A DNA stretch of 64,000 nt. Origin: Lepidodermella squamata (lineage: Eukaryota > Animalia > Gastrotricha). This document shows, piece after piece, positions 24,945 to 36,320 of this stretch. The translations under genes and the position numbers were made by a program. The stretch spans positions 124,001 to 188,000 of the forward strand of contig JBLDXI010000059.1 of NCBI GenBank assembly GCA_047495785.1, in the 5' to 3' direction. Position 1 is the first letter of the stretch. Each line of letters starts with the position of its first letter. Below the pieces are notes generated by a model that was not told the origin of the DNA, searched no databases, and was given only the letters and a program-made list of their open reading frames with translations.

Positions 24945-27900
24945 ATGGCCCTTGCGGCTTTGTTGGAAGACGAGGCTGACTTGCCTCTGTCTCCCGACGG
25001 CGACGAAGATACGGAAGCGATTACTGGTAGCGAGATCAACGTTGGTCAGTCAAACCCGAGCGGATCGCCCGGCATGCCATCACTCGAGCCGTGCCTGCTC
25101 GGCACCGACGAAGTTATGATCCCCTCAGACTTGTGCCTTAATCCCGACATTTTTATCGATGTGATGAGCCACGGATGGGCGTCACTTACCGACCAGGAGC
25201 GAAGCGGTTTGCTCAAGTGCTTGCCTTCGTTCCCTGAGCCAGAAAGCAACGACTTCCAAGAAAAGTTGACTACGTTAGATGGTCTATTTGCCGGTGCTGA
25301 TTTTCATTTCGGAAACCCTCTCAAACAGTTTCACGCTAGTTTGAATGCTGGTTTTTACCAACCGGACATTTATCGATTGCGAGAGGTTTCGCGGAAGCTC
25401 AAGTTTCATGCGCATCTCGAGCGGCAACAGCGCCACGCCGTCTCGTTGCTATGTGAATTGGCAACCAGTCGGCAGCAAATGCTGTTAGATGCGCGATGTT
25501 TGCCGCCTAGTTCTCTCGACTCGTACCGCCTTCAAAGGCGGATCGCGGGTAATGTCGACAAAAAGCCTTTAGCGGTAAAGCGGGCTCGGTCTCGTTACTC
25601 GAGAATCATGCACGAGGTGCGGCAAGAGGCTGGTTGGCACGATACAAGCAGCTCAGGCGAGGAAAATGACGACGGACTGCTGCCACATCAGTTCGGTGAC
25701 CTCGCTCTGACTTCTGCTCCTCTCGATGAAGAGTCATTAGTCAAAAGCTGTTTAAAGCTGAGGAGTAAGGCGCTGAAAAAGGCGACAAAGGAACCTTCAT
25801 CGACAATCTCTCCACCGCCGCCTCTTGATTTCAACGAAGTACTCGAGAGGGCTGAAATCAAGCCCGTAACACTGACGGCTGGTAAACTGCCGAAAATGAC
25901 TCCGATGAACGGTACATCAATGATGCTAAATAAAACGAAAAAGCCGGGCCAGCGACGGTCTCGGCTAGAGGTGCTAAAGGTAAGTAGAAAATTAATATTT
26001 ATTTTTCAGTTCCGTTCAATATTCCAATAACTTATAGGTGCAATGCAATGATCTTGTGCGGAAAATGCTCACTAATCCTCCGCCGCCGGTGCCGCAACCG
26101 GTCCCTCCTCAATTGCTCCAAGCGCCGCCAATGATGCTACTAAAAAATGGAGAGTTACCCCCAGGTCAACCACGTTCTCGACCACAATCGAGCGTAGCGC
26201 TGACTCCGACACCTCCACCAGGCATGGCCCCGTCTTTACTCGACCCAATCCAAACCTCGCCAGGCGCCGGTACAGTGCCGCCCCCGCCACCACCCGCGCG
26301 CAGCAGCGAGTCAGCCCCGCCTTTGATTCCTCCCTCGCTGGTCATGGCAACACAGACTGGCAAGATTGAATCGTTCTTCCACGTCGTTCACGGTATTTTG
26401 GCTGCCTCACCAGAATGTCGTGCCACCCTCGCCAACATGGAACAATTGGTAAAGCAGTGGGTTCAGGTTGCTAGTAGCACTCTAGCGACTCAATCGCCTG
26501 CTGCTTACAACCTTCGCTGGTTAAACGACCGTTCAAATTGGCACCAAGAACTACCCTCAGCTCTGCGGTTTCTCGCCGGAACCTTCTGCCCTGCCAACTA
26601 CCCTGTTGAATTTGTGCCACTAGTAGATATGAACGACCGGTCCGGCCACTGGGTGTGGCTAGAAGAGGACTCGGATTTGAGCCCTCAATCTAGTCACTAC
26701 CTCTTGATGCTGTATCGGTGTTGGCTTGACGCTCAATTGGCAGAACGGCAAATCCAGCCTTCGACCGTTGCGTTTCAGCCCACCAATGACCAGGAACGGT
26801 TTTTCTTCCACGAGCAAGAACAAAAAAGATATTTGGTCCCAACCGAGCCTTACTTGTACGTATTAACTCAGCGTGAATTGGTCGTCGGACCCGTCAGAAT
26901 CTCACCCTCTCGAGTCGATTCGTTCACTGCGTCGCGAAAAGGCTTGAAGGATCACTCAATTTTGACGCAGGACAGGCCACCGGCTGTAACTGTGCTGACC
27001 CTAGTCCGAGATGCCGTTGCTCGGCTGGCTGCCGGCGAAGGCACTCGTACTGATATTTGCAATTTATTACGCGATAGTCAGTTCATCAGGCGTGATTTAA
27101 CTAATCCGCAGTTGACAAATGCGGTATCTGGTGCTCTCGATAGGCTTCACTCAGAGCGTGACCCATGCGTTCGGTTTGACACGAACAAAAAGCTATGGGT
27201 GTATCTGCATCGTGGTCGAACGCGGGAAGATTTTATTAGAATCGGCCAAATGCTGATTTTGGCGGCGAAACGACGGCAAAACAAAGATGCCTCACTTGCG
27301 TCGGCTAATGCGAGCAGCGCTGTACAAGCTGCAGCTGCCGCGGCCGCTTCTGCGAACGGCCCTAACTCGGTTAACGGCGTCGCGGGAACAATTATCAACC
27401 AACCGGCGATGCCAAATATTGCTCCTAGTCCCACTGGCAAGGCGCCTGGTAGCGCCTCGAAAGCAAACCGGCGGGCATCCGCTGCAAGCAACAATGTTAT
27501 CCTCGATAATAATGCCAACATGCTGCAACGGAAGCCTTCAATAGCAGCCCCTTTCGTGGAGGTATGTTATTTAATGCATATTCTTAGTATTAGGCTTCGT
27601 GTACCCAAGAACCGCAAAGCGCAAGTATAAATGGGTCAAAAACAGTATTAATGGTTTTTGTGACTGAGTGGGTCAAATAATACACTTGCGCTATTGATTG
27701 ACCAACTGCGCGACGGTGTTTTCTTTAGAGCAAGGTAACTCTGCGATAAATGCTAAATGAAGTGCAAACTCGGGCATGCGATCATTTCTCCATTTTCTGC
27801 CCTGCTTTTATGTGGCCAAATGCAGTAAACGTTTTTGAATTCTACTAGTAACCCTTACGATGTTTACATGCTAATTTCTAGACTCATTTTTATTTCGGCC

Positions 27901-29081
27901 GGTCAAGTTATTCCAGGTTTTGAAGAGATTTCGTCTAGATAGCGTTAATCTTTCTAATGATGGAGTTCTTAGAATACCGCAAGCGTTTACAGGTTGCTAT
28001 ATCGATTGAGCGATAATAGACAGTTGTTTTCCGCTTTTTTCGACACTGTAAACTTCGTGCTTACTTTCACAAAAATGCTCGAGTTGAAGGATTTGACTTT
28101 GGTATCAGCAGAAAAGATCAGGAAAATTTATTTAGCTCAATACAATGCTATCAACTTCTTTTCGTGTTTGTTCTATCGGTCAAATTATGTTCATTCGTCT
28201 TGCAGCAGCCTCCTCAAATGATGCAACAACCTCCAGCGATGCTTCCGCCCCAAATGATGCAACCTCAACAATTACCGTCTCCCTCGCACATGCCCCAACA
28301 ACCGCAAATGTTCGGTGGTCCCCCTCCAGGAATGATTCGTGGTGCCATTCCACCGCAGCAAATGCAGCAGCTGCAACAGTCTCAACAAGCGTCGCCTCGG
28401 CAAGCCATGCCACCAATGGCAGCGCCGCAACAAACCGGTCACATCATCCCGCCGCAAAACGCCCCGGGTATGGTCGTTAACTGGCCACCGCAGCAGATCG
28501 CAATGCAAATGCAGCAGGCCAGTCAGCAGAACCAAATGATGGTTCCACCTCAACAGCAACCGGGAATGATGTCTCAGATGCACATGGGTGGCCAGCAAAT
28601 GGTACGGCACCAGACGCCTATGCATATGATGGGCCCGGGTGGCATGGGTCCTGGTATGGTGCCCCAGCAGCAGCAACAGCTCCAACAACAGCATTTTCAG
28701 GCTCAGCAGTACCAAATGCATCATCCACACCAAGCACAAGGTCCACCACAAATGCACCCGCATGGCATGGCTCCGCAGCAGCATATCCAGCAGCCACCTC
28801 AAATGGCTCCGTCGCAACACCCCGGCATGATGGACCAGCAACAACAGTACTACGTCGAGCAACAACAGCAACAACAGCCGATGTCGACGAACGCTCAACA
28901 ACAACAAATGCTCATGTTCCACCATCAACAGGCGCAACAACAGCAGTATAGGCTTGTGCATCAACAAGTGGCATCACCGACCCACCATGCGCCTTTCCCA
29001 CCTCAACAGCCTCCTCAGGGTATGATGCAGCAACAACCACACCCAGGCCAGTTCCAGCCGCACCCACACGGCATGCAGTAA
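24945..29081 (+). CDS. NFRKB: Nuclear factor related to kappa-B-binding protein (INO80 subunit G) with Gln/Pro/Met-rich last exon
   Basis: DEUBAD domain (LTDQERSGLLKCLP..FHFGNPL..GFYQPD), FHEQEQKRY and DRPPAVTVLTLVRDAVARL..GEGTRTDIC..VSGALDRLHSERDPCVRFD..KLWVYLHR. Phase-0 splicing joins exon 28206-29081. Confidence 0.92.
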
Positions 29082-29509
29082 ACTTCTATAATTTATTTTG
29101 TAAATAAAAGCGCCGAACACTCATCACGGCTCGAACTGCCGTCATTTACTGCCTAAAACACAAAACTTCGTTTGTTGTTTTTTATAATGGATTTTGAGAA
29201 AATCAATTTGTCCGGGGCTGTTTTTGTTTTGATATTTTTGTTCGTGAGCCCCAGAAAACAACTACATGCGAAAGAATGAATTTTACTTCTCTACTATTCA
29301 TAATATAACGTGTCTTAACAGAGATCGAATCAGCATATAAACTATGCGTAAAAAATCTTCTTCTTATTAAGGCGTGCACTATGTCTAAATAACTTTTTAC
29401 TACGCATTCGTCGTCCTTGTCGTCGTTTTTCTCGATATTTGTAAACATCGGAGCAAAGCACCCACAACTTTATTGTCTTCTTTTTGATGTCATGATCAAT
29501 AATTGATTA

Positions 29510-29540
29510 TATTATGAATATTATGAATATTATGAATATT
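29510..29540. repeat. Short tandem repeat (TATTATGAA)x3.4
   Basis: Read directly from the sequence. Confidence 0.85.
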
Positions 29541-29663
29541 GTCAATAATATGATAATTATTATTATACCGGGAAAGTAAACGCGAATCAAAGAGAAGTTC
29601 GAAACATGAAAGTGTTTTTGCGAATTAGGGATTAGTTGTGATAATTTTTCGGCGTTATTATGG

Positions 29664-31356
29664 ATGGCTGGCGAATCGTCTTGGCGCATCTCGTCTAGCA
29701 ACTCGATCGATGAGATGGAGGCAAATCATCTCATCAACGAGACGGCCAATGTGTCTCTAGGCAGCAAAAGCTCGAGGTAGACCTTTCGTTTGAAGTGATT
29801 TCATTCAAGGATAAAAAATTGTTGTTTCCAGTCGCCAATCAGTCTCTTCTGGCGATTCCCATCGGGCACCATGTGAGGGAGTCCGGCGTATTATTGATGT
29901 GCAAATCGAGTGTGAGTCGGCGAGTCAGTTTTGCAATAAAAACAGAGACTCAAAGCAGCAGAACCATGACAGCAATCCAGGAAAGAAGCCCGAAGATCCA
30001 TTGTATGTTTTTCCCGCTATATTTTCGCTTTATGCTTACTGTCAGATGTAATTTTGTAAAAAAAATGAAATTTTCGATTTTATTTCAGCGCCACACCGAT
30101 TTTTAATCGCCCCACTCAACTTCTGAAATGGCACATCAAACCGAAATCCGTTTTATTTATGGTTAAAATCTCTGACCATGATACGCATTCCGTATGCGTC
30201 GATTCATTTATTGATATGGCGCGGTTGCTTGTCGACGAAAAATCGTTGCAAGTCTACGTTGAGGAGTGGTTGTGGCGTTTGGTCAGCGAGCGGAGCAAAA
30301 GTTTAGCGTCTAAATTAGTTGCTTTGCCTCCTATCGAACCAGCATCGCCGGAAACTCAAGTGACCTCTTGTCATGAGGCGTTGTTGGCCTGCGAGGAGAA
30401 TCCTGTTGATGATCTAGCTGAAATAATTGACCTGATTGGTACATTTTTCTTATTCACGGCTGTAAGCTAATCCATTTTAATGTTTTAATTCAGTTTGCCT
30501 TGGCGGTGACGGGACTTTACTTCATGTCAACTCGTTGTTCCAACGGCTAATCCCCCCAGTTTTGCCGTTTTATGCCGGCTCATTGGGGTTTCTGATGACG
30601 TTATCAACCGATGAATTCCGCGAGCGGATGGACGCCGCATTGTCCGGCACCGTCCGGCTGACTTTGCGGAGCCGATTTTGTTGCTTGATATTCAAAACCG
30701 AAAAAATACTGCCTCCGAGAACTGAGCCTTCCACGCCAATGGAGCCTGGAATGCTCATGCCAAAACTGCCATTCTCTGACCAGCCTTCAACGTGGCCGCG
30801 AGATTCAATTGTGGCGAGTCAAACTGTGATGAATGAAGTTGTTGTTGATCGGGGTCAATCACCCTTTCTCACCCACCTTGATCTGTACGCTGACAACAGA
30901 TTTTTAACTAAAGTTCAAGCCGATGGAATTATCATCGCCACGCCGACAGGATCAACGGCTTACTCCATGGCTGCGGGTGGCTCCATGGTCCATCCGTCGA
31001 CCCCATGCATTCTTGTTACCCCAATTTGTGCCCACTCACTATCATTTCGTCCAATTATTTTACCTGCTAATATGGAGGTCAGAATAGCCATATCAGAGGG
31101 TTCAAGATCACGCGCTTTTGTTTCGTTCGATGGCCGAAATCGACGTGAGCTGCTTGAAGGCGAATGTCTCCGAGTGATGACGTCTGGCTTTCCAATGCCA
31201 ACTGTTATGGCCTCAGACCAGACCGGCGACTGGTTCCACTCGCTTTCTAGCTGCCTGCATTGGAATGTAAGAACCTTGCAGAATGTCACTGTACCTCGTC
31301 GTAAAGCTGATAGTAAAGAAACTTCCCCCGCTGCTAAGGTCCCGCCCAATCCGTGA
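29664..31356 (+). CDS. NADK: Cytosolic NAD kinase, 4 exons
   Basis: LKWHIKPKSVLF, CLGGDGTLLH, GSLGFL, VMNEVVVDRG, QADGIIIATPTGSTAYSMAAGGSMVHP, TPICAHSLSFRP, SFDGRNR. Confidence 0.95.
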
Positions 31357-32373
31357 AACCAGGCAAGTTGTGTTACACTGACATACAATTAATCTTGAAG
31401 TCCGTGCTTTCGGCTATTTTCAAAAAAGTGTTGTTTAGTAACCTAAAAATATGCAATCAGCCTGGCTAACGGTGACTACATTTGATTGTGTTTCTATACA
31501 ATTAAGTCAGCTTTTCTTCTGCTAGTTTTTTATTAAGCTGACAAAAGGGCTAATCACTCGCTTCTTTTTCTACTTTAACCACCTCACGTCCGTCATTTTG
31601 AAGAAATTGAAAACGAAACATTGCGAGTGACGATGTTTATGAAGTTGATCCACTATCTAAAGCTTTATCTTTGATTTGTCTAATTTTTGGTGCAAGAGAC
31701 TCGCATCACTTTGGAGATAGAATTCCTCGCACTTCGATTGTGTGTATTTATGTTGTTATGAGATATTTTGTCCGAATAATTATTGTTGAAAATGAAGGAG
31801 AATAAATTTGCTTTTCATTGCTGACTCGTCTTTTAGTTCTTCTTTTTGCTAAGCACAGACGCATTTTTCAGGGAGCTGATGTTACGAGCTGAACAGAATA
31901 ATCGATACCCATATAGAATTCTCTCGTGAATCTTGAGTAAAGCTTATAGTTCGGGATCGGGAAACTGACGCCGGGAATCACCTAGTTTCAACTAGTACAA
32001 CATGAAACTACTTACTAACCAACAAACCAACAAACAAAGACATTCCAGAAATGCACTACCGTCAGTGAGCGACTTTGACATGAGTCGACAGCAACAGGCC
32101 GAAGACCCAATGAGTGGACTTTTGTTCGAATGCTGATAGAACAGGCTATTTTTATGGAGACGAGGGACTTCCAACTTTGATCCTGCCTGGTTTATTAACC
32201 CGTCGGAGAATTCCGCCAACATATATTATGTAACCTCTGAAACTTTGCTGAACTGAACTGAACAGCTTGCCATTTATCAGCATTCAATTAAACCCACTGA
32301 TTTCCCTTGTAGCAGATGGCTTCGCTTTTGTTTTAGTTTCAATTACCAACCACGACACCCCAAACCTTTGAAA

Positions 32374-32607
32374 CAGAGGTTCCCCAGAATAGAGGTCGAA
32401 CGTCCCTGAAAAAGCTTTCTGAGCTGAGCCTGCGACCCAACTGAAAAATAACCTAATTTTGACATTGCCATTTTTCATGTTTACCCCACTGGACTAGGCC
32501 TTTTAAACCGCTCTAATTTACCTTATGTCCTCTTTTGCGTGCGACCCAGGCAATTCTCGGGCTTGCGTGCGACCCGTCTGTGACCCAAAATTGGGTCGCT
32601 AACCCTG
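32374..32607. mobile_element. Possible decayed non-autonomous DNA transposon remnant
   Basis: Right end reads CAGGGTT on the minus strand, like the 13904 MITE. Several GCGACCC/GGGTCGC subterminal motifs. The left TIR and TSD are poor. Confidence 0.3.
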
Positions 32608-32968
32608 TTGAACTCTTTCCAAGACTGTATCGAAGTTAGTAGCAGAAGGATTCCACCAGTATACTTCCACCCATCCGATTGACTTCATTTTTGTTATCCA
32701 TTGTTATGGACCGTGCCTAGTCGATAGAGAATGCCAGTAAATGTTTTGCGATTCTACCGGGTATCACAGGAATGTCTCAAAAGGGATGCACCCTAACCAC
32801 CCTTCTGGCTTTTCTGGCCTTTTGATACGCCTTCTACGCCTGCTGGCCAACATATGTTGTCTTCAGATGACCACGCAATTGGCTTAATTGATTCTGACTA
32901 GTCAGTTATGAGCAACATAATATTAAGGATGGGTTGATGGGTTGATTGGATGGAAATTGGAAGCGTGA

Positions 32969-32999
32969 GATGGATGGATGGATGGATGGATGGATGGAT
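32969..32999 (-). repeat. (CATC)n microsatellite forming the 3' tail of the LINE
   Basis: (GATG)x7.75 on the + strand, about 140 nt downstream of the LINE stop codon. Confidence 0.9.
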
Positions 33000-33137
33000 T
33001 TGTAAGCCCAATCGCCAGTTGCCCGACGATATGCTTGGGCATCGGTTTGAGAGTTTAGCACCCGAGTCACCGCTGTAGCGATGTTTTACACGGGTCAAGT
33101 GGCACAAAGGAGTAGAAAAATAAATTAGAAAAATAGA

Positions 33138-36100
33138 TTACGGATCTAATAAAATAATATCTTCGAGTTGCTCTTTCGCGAATTCGACGACGTAGGCAGC
33201 TTGACGTGTGCTTTTTGACGAGTTCATTTGCCGGATGAAGTCGGTTGCGCTGTTCCACGCTGCCGTGCCACGATAGAGAACGGTTCGTTGACTAGTGGTG
33301 TTGCTGTGGTCAACAGGAAGACATCCTTGGGCTTTTTGACGTGTCTCCCTCGCGGCTTCTCTCTTTGTGAAATCAGCGATGAGTAGATCGGGTGCTTCAC
33401 CATGCAGAATCTGCCAGACCAGTTTTATGGTGTGAACTTTCCTTCTTCCCGCTAGCGAGATCCAGCGAAGGTCGCGGATGAGGGGCTCAACAGAAAAAGT
33501 GTCCGGCTTCATCATGAGTGCTCTGATTCCGGCGCGCTGTGCTTTGTCGAGCTTCTTCAAGGCTTTCTCGGAACCAGCTTCGAGGAGGATGTCGCAGTAG
33601 CCGACGCGAGATTCGATGAGTCCGTTGTAGATGGCCTTCCGAGCATCCAGAGAAACGCCATTTCGACCAGCTAGGCGGAGAGCGTAGGCGCCACTGCGGC
33701 ATTTTGCAGCAATATTTTCGACGTGGTGTTCGAAAGTGATGCGGTAGTCGATTTCAAGTCCGAGGAGGGTCATTGTAGGCTGTGGAGCGACGAGAATGCC
33801 GTTGACGTTCACTTCAGGCAGTTCGTCGTCAATTTTAAGCAGTTTCGGTGCCAAAAACATTATTTGAGTCTTCTTTTCGTTCAGCTTCAGGCTATTTGAC
33901 CGGAGCCAAGTTGCTACTGAGGTTAGTTGTAATTCGAGTTTCGCTTTAACTGAGGAGATTGAGTCACCAGAGGCATAGATAGTGGTATCATCAGCGTATA
34001 GGAATATTCCGCAGTCAGGGTCGGTTACCAGACTTGGTAATTCGTTTACGTAAATGGTGAACAGGAGAGGCCCCAGAACACTTCCTTGAGGGACGCCGTA
34101 TTTGATGGGTAAAGGTTCAGATGAAGCATTGCCAAGTCGGACGACTTGCTTCCTGTTATCAAGGTAGTCGCGAAACAACTCGATGGAATTACGATCGAAG
34201 CACAATGACTCAAGGGATGCGAGAACACCCTCGGGGTCTAAAGAATCGAATGCTTTCGAGAGGTCCAGGCTGGCGACCGCCACGTATTTGTCTTGAGATG
34301 CAGCGGTGATGCACCGGTCGAGCTGAGCTTCGATACAGCTGACGGTGTTATGGAATTTGCGGAAACCAAATTGCCTCTGCGAGAGAAGCTTGTGAGTGTT
34401 CAGGTGGTTTTTCACTTGGTCACTGACGCAGCGCTCGAAGAGTTTTAGAGCTGAGGGCAGGATGGAGATGGGGCGGAAATTCGACGGTTCGCCCTTGTCA
34501 CCGCTTTTGTGGATCGGTGTGACGAAGCTCGTTTTCCATACGTCGGGAATCTGTTTTTCCTCGATGATCTTGTTGAAGAGTTTGACGTAGGCTTTCCTGA
34601 TGTCGTCGTCTTCAAGAGCGTCGCGTAGCACACATTCAGGTATGCCATCGGCGCCAGTGGTCTTCTTAGTTGAGAGTTTCTTGGCGTTCACAATGATGTC
34701 TTGTTCTGTGATGGCGCGCAGCGAGAATAGATTGGCATCTTGCCGTGATCTGATGAAATTGGGCAGCGGAAGAGATCGTGCTACTAGTTCACCGACCGAA
34801 ACGAAGTATTGGTTCAGCTTTTTGCAGGTGTCGATGGCGGTTTCCGGATCGATGGCATCGTGTTGCTTTTTGGGCGGAAGAAAATCTCTCAGAACAGCCC
34901 AGATTTCTCGAGGATCACCTTTCGCGTCTTTGAATCGTTTCGCGTAGTATTCACGACTCCACTGTCTCGTCAGCCTGCGAACTTCTGATTTGGCTTTTTT
35001 ATAGCGAGCGATCGAGGTGGCAGTAGAGTTCTCAGCGTTTGCGCGCTCGGATGCTGCTTTTTCCCGTATTGCTTTGAGCAAGGTCGAGCCAGCTTCGCTG
35101 GATGGATCGAGGTTCAGTCGGTTTCCTTTCTTCCCGTTAGCTCCGGGTTTTATGGTTATCTCCTTCTTTGGAGCGACAATGTCAAGAGCCTCGGTTAGGC
35201 TTTCAACCAGATGGCGTTCCAGTTCATAAGCAGTGGCATCTTCGCGTATAACTTTTTTGAGCAGTTTCTGGCTTGCCATCGCTCTGAAGACAGTAGATTT
35301 GTAGCCCTTGAAAATTCGAACGGTTGTTTTGAATGATTTAGATAGCTCCACTATGGTGTTGACTACTGAGGCAGTTCCAAAGTGATCCGATAGACCAGGT
35401 ACGGTGGCTGACGCTAAGGTGACATCAGTTGAGTTGACCCAAATATGGTCTAGGCAGGTTCGGGATGCTGGTCTGGTGATCGTGTAATCTTCGGTGATGT
35501 GGAAGCCGAGTGAGGAAGTAATGCTACTGAGTGAGATGGAGAGCTTAGGATCAAGGGTGTTGATGTTGGAATCTCCGTGTATGACGATTTGATGGCCGGT
35601 TTTGTTTTCAAGATTGATTTTAACCAATAGAGAGGCGATTTCATCCTTCCAATTAGGATGATCAGGAGGCCTGTAGATTGAATATACTCTAACTATTCCT
35701 TTTTTCGTTTTAATGTCAGCGAAGATGTTTTCGATAGAATGTTCGATAAAGCCGAAGCGGACGACGCGGATCGATTTTTTCACGAGTATTCCGACACCGC
35801 CGCCCCCATCAGAAGTCCTGGATCGAACTTCGTAGTTGTAATCTGGGAACTTGCTTGACAGGTGACCCTTGGGAGTGTCAGGGTTGAGCTTAGTTTCAGA
35901 TAAGCAGATCACATCAGGAAGACATTCAGACATGATTTTTGCAAGTTCCGCAGATTTAGTCATTAGGTGATTGATGTTGAAGTGCATGACAGACATGGCG
36001 CCTAAGTGTCCTTTCACAACACTTGCCCATTCCTTGTAAGAGCACGTCGGCAGTATGGGCAGCCCTAATTGAGCCGGAGGATCGTTATCATCTGAGACGG

Positions 36101-36320
36101 ATCCGGTTGGGTTAGGGGCTGTACAACGAGGGCACATCCAGGGTGTAGATTCATCAGCTGTGGCTGCCTTGTATTCGTCATCAGTTAATTTACAGCATTT
36201 TCTGTGCCACCATTCATCGCAGCCACTGCATGCGATGCTGGGACCATCAACGTGTTCTCCGCAGCAGGGGCAGAGGCAGGAGAGGCAGCAATCGCATGTC
36301 CAATTTGGCAGCAATCGCAT
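33138..36320 (-). CDS. PHD finger - apurinic-like endonuclease - reverse transcriptase polyprotein
   Basis: PHD: CPCC..IACSGCDEWWHRKC..WMCPRC. APE: HFNIN, CLSET, IYRPP, GDSN, CLDHI, LSDH. RT: NFRPISIL, QFGFR, LDLSKAFD, GVPQGSVLGPLLF, LYADD, LLG. First ATG is at 36320. Confidence 0.95.
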   Translation of the reverse strand: MRLLPNWTCDCCLSCLCPCCGEHVDGPSIACSGCDEWWHRKCCKLTDDEYKAATADESTPWMCPRCTAPNPTGSVSDDNDPPAQLGLPILPTCSYKEWASVVKGHLGAMSVMHFNINHLMTKSAELAKIMSECLPDVICLSETKLNPDTPKGHLSSKFPDYNYEVRSRTSDGGGGVGILVKKSIRVVRFGFIEHSIENIFADIKTKKGIVRVYSIYRPPDHPNWKDEIASLLVKINLENKTGHQIVIHGDSNINTLDPKLSISLSSITSSLGFHITEDYTITRPASRTCLDHIWVNSTDVTLASATVPGLSDHFGTASVVNTIVELSKSFKTTVRIFKGYKSTVFRAMASQKLLKKVIREDATAYELERHLVESLTEALDIVAPKKEITIKPGANGKKGNRLNLDPSSEAGSTLLKAIREKAASERANAENSTATSIARYKKAKSEVRRLTRQWSREYYAKRFKDAKGDPREIWAVLRDFLPPKKQHDAIDPETAIDTCKKLNQYFVSVGELVARSLPLPNFIRSRQDANLFSLRAITEQDIIVNAKKLSTKKTTGADGIPECVLRDALEDDDIRKAYVKLFNKIIEEKQIPDVWKTSFVTPIHKSGDKGEPSNFRPISILPSALKLFERCVSDQVKNHLNTHKLLSQRQFGFRKFHNTVSCIEAQLDRCITAASQDKYVAVASLDLSKAFDSLDPEGVLASLESLCFDRNSIELFRDYLDNRKQVVRLGNASSEPLPIKYGVPQGSVLGPLLFTIYVNELPSLVTDPDCGIFLYADDTTIYASGDSISSVKAKLELQLTSVATWLRSNSLKLNEKKTQIMFLAPKLLKIDDELPEVNVNGILVAPQPTMTLLGLEIDYRITFEHHVENIAAKCRSGAYALRLAGRNGVSLDARKAIYNGLIESRVGYCDILLEAGSEKALKKLDKAQRAGIRALMMKPDTFSVEPLIRDLRWISLAGRRKVHTIKLVWQILHGEAPDLLIADFTKREAARETRQKAQGCLPVDHSNTTSQRTVLYRGTAAWNSATDFIRQMNSSKSTRQAAYVVEFAKEQLEDIILLDP

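Noticed and set aside
28272-28967. 231-aa Leu/His-rich minus-strand ORF and other antisense ORFs (e.g. 20125-20517, 60626-61003)
   Set aside because: Shadows of low-complexity or codon-biased coding sequence on the opposite strand.
29664-31356. NAD kinase as part of the TIR/NAD+ module
   Set aside because: An ordinary housekeeping NADK ~25 kb away on the opposite strand, separated by unrelated genes.
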